Positions 53,608 to 64,000 of a stretch of 64,000 nt of DNA are shown here, one piece after another. Position 1 is the first letter of the stretch. The number at the start of each line of letters is the position of its first letter. Position numbers and translations under genes: made by a program. Below the pieces are notes generated by a model. The model was not told the DNA's origin and ran no database searches. It saw nothing but the letters and a program-made list of their open reading frames with translations. Origin of the DNA: Tubiluchus corallicola (Eukaryota > Animalia > Priapulida); NCBI GenBank assembly GCA_030141605.1, contig JAQGDQ010000280.1, positions 239,887 through 303,886 on the forward strand. The letters run 5' to 3'.

Positions 53608-55453
53608 ATTGTAATTACTGGTACAAAATAGTTAGAAAATAACATGGAGATATAGTCAGCAATGTCTTCGTGCTGTAGCAAGTTAATATTTATATCTCCA
53701 CATATGTAACATTTCACGGCTGATCTGTTAATGTATGCCTGTTTACGCTCCTCTCTATATGAAAGGGCAATACGTCAGTGTTGGGGTGCCTATATATAAC
53801 AGCAAAAATTATGTTTTTTGTTTTAGATTTGGTTTCGATGTTAATCCAAAGATTTTCGACTTGCATATTTGTGTTGGAATTTATTTTTAATTCTGTATTT
53901 TCCGAGAAGTTCAACAGATTGCTTATAATAGGCCAATCCCCCCAGCATGTGTGTTTGAGTCATGATGTATAAAAGTATAACCAGGTATATTACATAAAAA
54001 TGTGGTATTCGGAGTAATCCTTGTTTCAGAGATTGCTATGATCTGTGGTTTTTGTTGGAAATGTTTAATAACATCATACATATTGGTAAAGTGCCCATGG
54101 AGGCTGCTAGTATTAAAATGCACAAAACTGAAATCAGCATTTATTGATTTCAGTTCTGTATTGCTACAAAGCGTATCAAGCTTAAAGTATGGACTGTCAT
54201 ATGTTGGTAGGATATTATTGGGGTCAAGCTCATCGTTTGAAAAAGAACTTAGAGTAGAAAACTCAGTTAAATTAGGTAAATTACTAATTGAATTAAGTAC
54301 AAAATCAAGCTGAAAAAATTCCTGAATCTCTGTGTCTTCCGAATATTGGAATGGGAAGACTGCTTTTAAGCAAGTAACACAGTAAAATGGTTCATTTGTT
54401 TGACCTAAAGCGTAGAAGTCATTAAGTGTTATGATGGTACCACTCTAGACAGATGTCACAGAAATTTGCAGCTTGATTACTTTTAATTTGTTTATCACAA
54501 AAAGTAGAATAATACTGCCTAGTAGCCATTTAATTTTCGTAGCCATCAATACTAGGTATAATACTTTAAATTAAACCATACCAGCATTTACGTTAATTTA
54601 TCCAAGTCATTTTTCGAACAGATATTGATGACCTCAGTAGACTCTGCCTTACGTAGATAGATACTGCCATTTCGAGTCCGCAGGAACGTATAGTTGTGCG
54701 CCTTCTTGAAGTCCAAACAACTCTTGTACAGATCACGTCGTTGTGGCGTAAGACTTTCATTAATGTAGATTAGGTTTGTGGCAGAGAATCCTAACTGGTG
54801 TGCAGTAATTTTATTCTTGTGCCTCGCATACAGTTCATCTCTTGTTTCTCTGCGTATGAATTTTGCAATAATGGATGGTGGCTTTCCATCATTCCTTGCT
54901 TTGAGGCGATGTGAAATACTTATATCCTTGCATGTCACATTTACTCCTATATAATAAGCAAGTCGCTCTACAATATTGGATGTATCTTCGTCCCTGGTAA
55001 CAGGTACACCAGTAAAAATGAGAAAATCTCGCCTTTCATATTGTTCAAGGTCATCCTGCTTTCCGTGAAGTTTTCTAATTTCCCCTTGAAGAGAACAAAC
55101 TGTACTTTTTAGAGCAGCATTTTCGGAGCAAAGTTTTTCACATTTTGCAGAAACATCTGTCATGGATTTCTCAAAAATGTCAAAGCGATCTGAGATTTAC
55201 TGTTGGCTTGACGTAATCTCATTGACTTCTGTCTTTAAATCAAAAATAGAATTCTGTATCTGCTCATACTTGACTCTCACTTCAGAACTATTTGCATTCA
55301 ATTTCGACGTCTTGTTATGCTTATTTTCGTCTCCTCCAGGCATCATAATGTGTCACAAAAATATCCAGTTTAAAAAATTAACTGATACCTCGAAGAATCA
55401 ATAATTTTTCAACGAAAAATTCTGAGCAACTTACTACAGCACACGCATGCGCC
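53607..55453 (-). mobile_element. CR1/L2-group LINE 5' half (mirror copy); ORF1 54588..55346 carries a premature stop
   Basis: ORFs 54588..55163, 53923..54123 and 53714..53914. Confidence 0.88.
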
Positions 55454-56341
55454 ATCAAGTTTAGCTGCCAGTAGGGCAGCACAGAGCTCAAATCGTGGGG
55501 ACGTAAGACCCTTTATTGGTGCAAGACGCAATTTTGCCATCAGAAAAGCTACATGAATATCTCCACACTCCTATTCCAAAGCGTATATAGGATACAGCTC
55601 CATAAGCGACCTCTGAAGTGTACAGATACAGGCGTTCCAAAGTCTGGTGGTTCGATGCAACGTCTAACTTTGAAATTCTCCAGAAGTGCACAGTCAGACA
55701 TCCATTTAATCCACTTAACTTCAATAGTGTGTTCAAGTTTGGCATCCCAAGGCTTCTGCAGTCTGCACTCCTCCTGAAACAGCAATTTTGCCTGGAGTAC
55801 GAAAGCATTTACGAACCCGAGAGGGTCATAGACAGATGCAAGAGAACTTAAAAGACCGCGTTTCATGTCAGCATGTTCTCTCTGCTTTACTTGTATGACA
55901 AACCTGCCACTGTCTACATCCCACTTGACACCTAAAGCTCGTTCTTCAGGAGGAAAGTCGAGCATAAGATTCTTAATGCATTTGCCAAGATGCTCTTCTG
56001 GGACATTATTTGAAACCTCGTTTGCAGGGACGTCGGATGTCTGTAACCAATCAGCTACCTTCTGTTTACAGCTTTCACCAGCAGATGGCGCCACATCCTG
56101 CCTGGACTCGACCTCGTCGTGACTGTCATCGTCATAAGCGCCACCAACTGAAGCCATCTCTACCTGCAGGCGTTCGTGTCTCAGCTTCATGGCCTTGAAG
56201 TTTGAGTTCCTGTTCACGAATTTTCAGCTCTTGACTCTTCCGCTTTTTTGCACTGTCTTTGCTGCCTTTGCTCATGGACCTTGTAGATGTTCTTAAAACA
56301 CTTGCAGAAGTTGAAGCTGCAACAAGTAGCACGCCCGTCAT
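55453..56341 (-). mobile_element. BEL/Pao gag-pol fragment (mirror copy)
   Basis: ORFs 55549..56217 and 56132..56341. Confidence 0.88.
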
Positions 56342-58949
56342 CAGTGCCAGTTTGCCGTGTTGACGACTCTTTAAAACCGACTGTCTCTATACCACCGGGT
56401 TGGCCGTCTGCACCAGCTAATTTACAGCGTTAAAGTAAAGGCCGCCCTATATGCAAAGTAGGTTCACGCACCAGTTTATAGCATACTATGCTGTCCACGT
56501 AGGCCAACTGTACAAAATGGCTGCCGAGCTTGTTGATTGTCAAGGCCGTTTAAAACATGGAATTGTTTGGGCTTTCAAAACCAAATTTGAAGCTAGATTA
56601 CATTTTGCTCTTTCTTCCTTCTTTATTTACCAAAACGTATCATTCCATGTTTTTAGCCCCAAATCATAAGCAATTGCAACAGACAACGACAACATTTAAT
56701 CCACCACCATGACACGTCCTCACTTCTTCACGCGTCTGACACCGATCAAAAACTGATCACGTGTCCAGGCCAAAAAAATCATCACAAGGTGGCCAAAGCA
56801 AGCGAAGGCCGCAAAGCATGCCAATGCCGGATTTCCAGTACAAAAAGTTTTAACGTTTGGTAACCGTAAAGAAGTTGCAAGACCGTAACAGTAACTTGAC
56901 ATGATCATAACTGCAAAGGATGTCAAAATACCTGTTACGTTTAAAAGAATTTTTTATCTGAGAAAAAACTTCTGAAAAAATTAAAAGAATTTTTGACATC
57001 TTTTGCTGCGTGGGAAGTCTCGGAATCTTTATTTTCAAGCATTTTTAACATTGTCATTTTATATAGGTTAGGATTAGTACCCTCCCTACATTTAACTGTT
57101 GTTTGCAACTTGTTTGTTATACTGTCATCGGTTGTATGTGCCTGGTGCATTAGTAGAAAGCCAACCCAAGTGTGAAATTAGTTTACAGCCTTAAGCTAAG
57201 CACGTGTTTGATGTCGTGTTAATGTAAAATTTTCATTGTGAGTAGGTGACTATGTACACTAGAGCAGAGAAAGTTAGAAAACTCACTTTTTGTTCCACTG
57301 ATGTAACGATTACACCCGAGACTAATATAAACAGTACTCTATCTCCACAAGAAAACCCTTCATAAACATAAAGTTTAAAAAATTCGTTTTGAAATTTTAT
57401 ATCACCTACAAACTGCCTTTTTGCGTGCAGGACTTCAATCGGCAGTCACGCTGTGTAAAACATGTAAATTTAAACTCCCGCGACGACCGTTAGACTCAGC
57501 CATTTTCATGACAGGTCATTTGAAACAAGTTTAGATAACATTTTGTAAAGTTTGGAAAAATAATCAGAGCATTCGTAGCGCTCAAGTCACTAACTAAATG
57601 AAATTTAAAATTACTGTATCATGCCAATAAGATTAAAAATACGTTTTTGGTTAGTGAGTGGCGCACCCTGGCGGGTGAGTCAGCGACATTTTACCAATTA
57701 GTGAAAACATTTTAAATAATTAATAATTTTCTTTTCTAGTTACATAAGTCTTTCTACTAGGTAAGCGAAAATCTAAGTAATATAGATTTGCACGGAAAGT
57801 CTTGAGACATAATTTAACATTTCCTTTTTTTCCCTTGATTTACGTTTACTACATGACGTCATGTAATGGCGACTTCGGAACAGTATTGCATGAGATTTAA
57901 AATGAAAACAAATAATATTCCTTTCAGTGCGAGTAAGATAAACGCATAAAATTGTTGTAAAGTAATATAATATTTTAAGGTGATTTTTCTGAAACCTACT
58001 TCAGGTGCCCCTTCTTTAAGTATAACATATTTTGACTTCTGACTTTGCCATAGGGAGAGAGTAAAAGCTGGATGGTGATATACTGCTATTGGGAAGTTTG
58101 CAGTTGTTTTCAAAAAAGAGAGCACCAGCCTCGCAAATCTTTTTAATATTCTTTCGTCAGTCTGCCATTTTAAAGCCTGTGACATCACGATTTTACTTAA
58201 AAATAGAAATACCGTTTTACTCGTAATTTAAGGTAATTTTTAAAACTAAAAAGCGTATAAAATTTCAAAAGATGTCTACAGTTTGCATATCTAATGCTTG
58301 TTTGCATGTCAAAATTCCCAAAAAGAATTTTGGGTCTTCAAAAAACTTCCAATTTTGATTTTAAAATTTTTAAACGTAATACATTGGGAGACGTATAAGC
58401 TTTTAAACCGAAATTTAATTTTGCAAAAAGGACTCGTCCCCTCAGATGGGTCATACCCACAAGCTTCTGGGCTACCTCTATGCAGCATTTCTATGGTATA
58501 CTGTACAGCCATATAACTAATCATACAATAGCTACCGCCTATTGGCTATCGTACTTAGTATTGTGCGTACTCTACAGTTCCATCCGATGGAGGTCACACA
58601 TTCCCAGAGCCCTGTCGTATGACCAGTTATTCTATCGGAGATGCCATCCCCACTTATTACAAAGCCGAAAACCTACTTATATATAGACTTACTTCCCTCA
58701 AACAGTTTGTGGTACGTTAGAGTTGTTTAGCATTGTTGTCTACGTGTATTTCAAACTTTATCACGTGGCGACATCTTTGAGTGAATATTTGTATATTTTT
58801 TTGCGGTTTCCCAAACAGTTTGTGGTGCGTTATATTCTTTATATTGGTTGCTATGTATTTTTAAATTTTATTCGTGTGGCGACATCTGTGGTGTGAAGAT
58901 CTTATTCGTGCGTGCGTTGGTAAGGCTTTTTGCTAAGTAGTGACGTCAT

Positions 58950-59020
58950 TTGTTTGGATGGCACAACGAGTAACGCGTTCGCCTACAGACATTACGGTTG
59001 TGAGTTCAAATCCCGTGAAA
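58950..59020 (+). mobile_element. tRNA-derived SINE head or tRNA pseudogene
   Basis: A-box-like tggcacaacgag and B-box gttcaaatcc (59004-59013) at tRNA-like spacing; no clean acceptor stem. Confidence 0.55.
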
Positions 59021-59199
59021 TAACATTTCGTAAATAAGTTTCTACCCATTCAAACTCTATGTTTTTACTATGGTAGCTTTGGGTTTTCACTAGATGAATA
59101 AAATAAAAAATGGAAAATGGTCAAGCGATGAACGATAAGTTGATGCTCATTAATTGACTATATGATTTTGATAAGAGAATTTACTTTCAAAAATTTAGA

Positions 59200-59450
59200 G
59201 TATACGATCACCTTCTCTTCCAGTTCTCCTTTTAAATATTTTACTCCAGTTCTCCATACTCATGATCACTATACCAAACTTGCATCTACTCATTATTTTA
59301 TACCACAGCACTATATTAATATTTTTCGGCAAACAATTAAATATAATGCTATAAAACTTTGCTTGAAAATCCCCGATGAATTTCAAATGTTTAGCTTGAT
59401 TTTAGTTTTAAAAAATCAGTCAAATGTATTTTGTTTGATTGTTGTTCATA
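59200..59450 (+). mobile_element. Decayed CR1/L2-group LINE ORF2 C-terminal tail
   Basis: HTHDHYTK..QTIKYNAIKLCLKIPDE resembles HNYGTR..SIKCNGPYIWNSI of the LINE at 39012..39410. Confidence 0.5.
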
Positions 59451-61418
59451 ATCTACAGAGTAAACGTTTTTCGACGCATCTGTTGTAAGAATTATTGTTA
59501 GTTCAACAGAATTGTGTTAAGAGCTGTTCAATTGTTTCCCTTGAGTGATGTAGTAGTTGTTCCATAAAATTTGACAGGTTTCCCGAAACAATTGAATTTA
59601 GGTAGTTATAGAATGATGTTATCAGTTGTGGTGTCCACCTGTAGGAGGAAGACTAGAATGTACTTGCTCCTTCTTCCTCCTTGCAACAACTTGCTTTTTA
59701 TTGTTATTATATTATTGTATCGTATGTATATTTATTTGCGTATGATTATTTGTTAATGCAACTTATATGTTGAAACTCTATTATTTCCCTGTCTATAAAT
59801 ATAGAAACTGCAATTTTTCTCCTTTTGATAAGCACTTAGGAACAAATTCATTTTAATGTACTGCACTACTCCTCGGTATTATAGTGTTACCGCCATTCAC
59901 TTGAAAATCATGCAGCAGTTTTCTTTGCACACAGTCAACACAACTTTCTTTTGCCTGTTCTATGGTAATTAGATTCATTCCTGGCTTTTTCTTACTGACT
60001 GCCTTTGTTGTGCAATGGTGGGCATCTTCTCTTGCGCGTCAAGCACGTTTGCGTAAGTGTTATTGCTTAAATGCGTGATGTCACGAAGATGTGCTCTGCG
60101 TCATATAACGTCAGAAACTAACGCTGCAATTCATGATCATGTTTATCACAGTAGCACCTTTCTATTTTTTCCATCCCATCATGTCTACCAATCCTAACCA
60201 TTCTTTCATTCACTGTTTCCTTAACAAGAAACGCTTTCAAGGTTCATGCAGCAATTCAGTTATTTGGTTAATTTGACTTCATCATTTGTTTTATATATTT
60301 TTATTTATTTTAAGTGAATCAACATACAGTACTATTACTGATCGGAGTTTTTCCACTGTGCAAAAATTACATTTTAGTTGAGAACAGATATATACAACTG
60401 GTTATCAAGAATATAGTCATATAAATAGTTAATTCAAAAACATATTGAAAAACACAAGTAATTCATTATTTACACTTAATATTGAAATACACAAGTAATT
60501 CATTATTTACACTTAATATTGAAATACGCAAAGCTCACAGAGTACAGAAGCGATACCAGGAACAATTATCAATGTACATCATTCTATTAGTTACACAAAA
60601 GTATGATTGATCAAACAGGTGTTTAATTCAAAATATTTCAGGTTACAATTCAATATACAATTACACTTACAATCAATTAGCAAAACGTTTACTAGACTTT
60701 ATGTAGTTCTGCAACAATTTGAAGAGAATGCTACTGGATGGATGACCTGGCCTGAGTTTATGAAAAATATCGTTCATGATTTTTTACCTAGTATGCTGTT
60801 TTTTTCTCATATTGAATGTTGACGTATTTTATATGTATTGCTGGAGTGAAATGTATTGATTTGATTTGACGAAATCGCAAAAGTAATCACATTTTATATA
60901 AATAAATTTTGGCGCACCAAATAAAAGACAAAAATAAGAAAATTTGTTTAGTGACCTTTTTCTGCTTCCCAGAACTAAGAAAATTACGTGTTGTTCAAAC
61001 CACACGACTCTGTGGTCATTATGCAACAGAGGAAATGCACATTTAAACTTACTTATTTAACTAGAACAGTTTCTTTTGATTGTCAGGTATGTTTACTCGT
61101 CTATTTGCATCAAATCGTGACCGCTTTCGATTTACAGCTAAAAGAAAAGCGTGGGGATTTACACTGAACCTTGACGTAGTCCAGGGTGCAAGGGACGCAA
61201 AGCAGGGTGGGGAGGGGAGTGGGGTGCCTTAACTTCTTAATTTAGGAAACCGACAGGCTATAATGATGTGTGATGAGAATACCTTTGGCATTCTGACTTA
61301 GTGTCTACATTGGCGCTATCAAAGTTTCCTTTAAGGAGAGAAATTCCTGTTCCGGTGGTTAAATTGACTTGTCCACCATAAAACTGTTTGTCCTTTGCTT
61401 GTGCTTGGAGCTGCTACT

Positions 61419-61502
61419 TCCCGGCGGCAGACCAGGACGATTTCAATTTCAATGGACAATGGACAAATTTGAAATTGAAATTGTCCTGGTCTGTCGCCGG
61501 GA
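61419..61502. repeat. 84-bp inverted repeat (34-bp stem, 16-nt loop)
   Basis: tcccggcggcagaccaggacgatttcaatttcaa pairs with ttgaaattgaaattgtcctggtctgtcgccggga; only two G-T mismatches. Confidence 0.93.
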
Positions 61503-61509
61503 GGACGGG

Positions 61510-61519
61510 TATATAAAAG
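61510..61519 (+). promoter_or_regulatory. Putative TATA box
   Basis: TATATAAAAG in GC-rich flanks, about 160 bp upstream of a signal-peptide ATG. Confidence 0.6.
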
Positions 61520-61671
61520 CAGCAGAAGGTTCCAGCTGATAAATTTTAAACAAAGTCACCAATTGATGTGCAAGTAATTTCAGAATCAGACGTATTTTAC
61601 TTTATCAGACTATATTTACTGTATTGACTAGCATATAGTTTGTGTATTAAATATCTATACTAACCCCAAGA

Positions 61672-61788
61672 ATGAAAGGTGCAGTACCTGTGGTGCTGGC
61701 GACTTTGCTGTTGGCGACAGTGACGTCACAGCCAAGCATCACTAGTTCTCTGTTGTCTCGATTGTTACTGGTCAAATTGAATTGTAAG
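61672..61788 (+). CDS. Probable first coding exon of a secreted protein (signal peptide)
   Basis: MKGAVPVVLATLLLATVTSQPSITSSLLSRLLLVKLNCK: basic N-terminus, hydrophobic core, VTS-Q cleavage-like site, ending at a strong donor AAG|GTAAGA (phase 0). Confidence 0.6.
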
Positions 61789-63233
61789 GTAAGATACGTT
61801 AACTTTAACAGCATATTTTATTTTTTCAAAATTTCTGGAAGCATCTGAGTTAGTTTTAACTAGATTTATATATAGTGGGTTTACAAAACAGGCTGCGTCT
61901 GATACCGGTATCTCCACAGTGCAAGTCCTGAGTGCAAAGTGCTAATAAAAGAAAATGAACATCACAACTAATAATTATCACACTCGATTTGATAAAATAT
62001 TTGACTCAATTCCAATCAGTAGATGGTAATTAAACTTACATACATGATCAATATAAACACAGTAGTTTATTAGCATCAGTAATAATAAAAATGCATTTAC
62101 AAAGTAAGTTGACTCATTTAACAGTAAATTCTATTGTATTGCAAAGTGAAAAGTTGATTTAATAAACTGCTGTAATAACCTATGGATAATAAAGCAAGAT
62201 GGGTGATCAGTTTTGAATTTTTCAAATATGTTTCTGTATAAATACTACAGGATTATGATTTTGTAAGGAGTCACGTGTTCCAATCTGGTGGTCGAGTAGG
62301 TCGTCTAATAATGACGTTGTAACTCTATCATATTTTACGCATTCGAAAAAGCAATGCTAAGAACTTTCTACACAATCAGTGCTGATACATTTGGGACCGT
62401 CAATTAAGTTTCCAATAAAAAGGTCACCCTTTAGCTGAGAAGAATTTGTAATACGTCTATTAGTAAATTCTTCGTTATTATTGCATCATTATTGTATCGA
62501 GGACGTAATATTTTTGTGTGAAGGTTCCAAAGGGTAACTGTACTTTGTTCTTGAACGAAATTTGAGAAGAATATTCAACATTACCGAATCAACATGTACA
62601 GAAATTGATAAGATTTGATAGTTTGCAGTTATTGAACTTGATGAACAATGACATTCATAAGTTTGCCCCCCCCCCCGCTCCCTTGTGCCACTATCCCTAT
62701 TGAGTATGTGTGAATTAGAACGACAAAATTGCAAACTGGGAAACTACTCAAGGAAAGAGGAACGGATGAAAATTTAAAGATAAGGAAAGGGAAATAACTT
62801 CTGCATCTTTACTGGAATGATGTTACATACTCTGCTAAGTTTATTTTGGTTTAATTTTTTAATATTTTTAGTTTTTTATTTTCAATGTAAATGTTTTTTT
62901 AATTACAGCTTTATTTTTCATTTCCATTCTGCTTGATTTACTAGCTGAATATTATATGATGTTATTTCTAATTACCATATTTTTTATTTCTCCACTTTAA
63001 ACACGCATAAGCTCTTGTTGCTTATATTAAGCTACTTTTTGCAATTTTAATCCTAGTTTTATTTTTAGTGTTTTTGTTTATTTTATTTAAGTATGTCAGA
63101 ACATGTTTGTACGATTGATGTGTATGTTTTTAAATTTTATGTTTGTGTAATTAAATGTGTTTATTTTTCTTGATTTTAAATTACTGCAACCACCAACCAG
63201 GACCTTGTAATTTTTCATGAATAAATATCTATT

Positions 63234-63373
63234 CTTACCTTACCTTACCTTACCTTACCTTACCTTACCTTACCTTACCTTACCTTACCCTACCTTACCT
63301 TACCTTACCTTACCTTACCTTACCTTACCTTACCTTACCTTACCTTACCTTACCTTACCTTACCTTACCTTAC
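63234..63373. repeat. (CTTAC)n pentanucleotide microsatellite, about 28 units
   Basis: Directly visible; preceded by AATAAA at about 63220, so possibly a retroelement tail. Confidence 0.97.
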
Positions 63374-63855
63374 AATACTTTACTTGACCTTTTCTCATTT
63401 TACACCTACATGCGCTAGAATTATGAAAAAGATGAAAGTATGGCTGCAATCGCCTGGGTGAAAAAAGACAAGCACTTTTACCTGAACAAGATTCAGAAAG
63501 AATAATATTTCTCAGAACTTAACAGGTGAACTTGTGCCCCAGGGCGGTGTCCGGGTTAACGTCACAATGCACTGGCGACTAAATTTAGTCAGTTTTGTGA
63601 AACGGACTACATTCGCAACTTGAGGTTTCACGAAAATCGGGAAACGATGCGCCCCCTAATAATTACGCCTTGGTATGTCATTGCAGCCATGCCATGTTTT
63701 CTATAATTGCAAAAAAAAACATTCAGCAAATATTCAGCAAAAAGCTTCACACATAAACAAAGAGAAGCCCGGTGTATAACATCCTTTTTTGTAGCAGCCG
63801 CCGTACAGGCAAACAGTTCGAATACCCGATTTCAGTTAACACCAGAGAGACAGGG

Positions 63856-63894
63856 CGAGAGAGAGAGAGAGGGGGGGAGAGAGAGAGAGGAGGG

Positions 63895-63950
<56 letters not shown>

Positions 63951-63956
63951 AGAGAC

Positions 63957-63987
<31 letters not shown>
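63856..63987. repeat. (GA)n microsatellite
   Basis: Directly visible. Confidence 0.97.
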
Positions 63988-64000
63988 TTTATATATAATA

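Larger units (their letters stand above)
29566..57432. repeat. Right arm of giant inverted duplication
   Basis: Reverse complement of 1-27872 with scattered substitutions and a few small indels. Continuous pairing ends at 27872/29566 and decays within a few bases. Confidence 0.98.

Noticed and set aside
1-57432. One giant transposon or virus (Polinton, foldback element) with terminal inverted repeats
   Set aside because: No polymerase, capsid or intact transposase seen; the arms are heterogeneous debris and no termini are visible.
58950-59020. Functional tRNA gene
   Set aside because: Promoter boxes are present but I could not build a convincing cloverleaf or acceptor stem.
60448-60527. Small tandem duplications (37 bp here, 23 bp at about 26924-26971, about 113 bp at 58699-58890)
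   Set aside because: Ordinary two-copy local duplications with no further structure.
63234-63373. Telomeric repeat
   Set aside because: The unit is TAAGG/CCTTA, not TTAGG or TTAGGG, and it is short and interstitial.

Overview
AT-rich eukaryotic (probably invertebrate animal) DNA; the species cannot be determined from the sequence. The window is dominated by one giant inverted duplication: positions 1-27872 are the near-perfect reverse complement of 29566-57432, around a unique spacer of about 1.7 kb that carries a 21-bp minisatellite on the symmetry axis (about 28719). The left arm runs off the window, so each arm is at least 27.9 kb. The arms contain no recognisable host gene. They are a mosaic of truncated, internally deleted transposon pieces (BEL/Pao, Gypsy, CR1/L2-group LINEs, a Sola-like DNA transposase, a 5S-derived SINE) plus tandem repeats. 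Fragment orientation looks non-random: in the left arm every recognisable fragment at 1-13.4 kb is on +, and every one at 14.9-25.6 kb is on -. My best candidate for an undescribed system is a palindromic transposon-trap / small-RNA silencing locus (piRNA-cluster-like, able to fold back into dsRNA). This is inference, and an assembly artefact must be excluded first. Beyond 57.4 kb there are small retroelement remnants, an 84-bp hairpin directly upstream of a TATA box, a probable signal-peptide first exon and microsatellites. Transposon boundaries were read by eye and are approximate.
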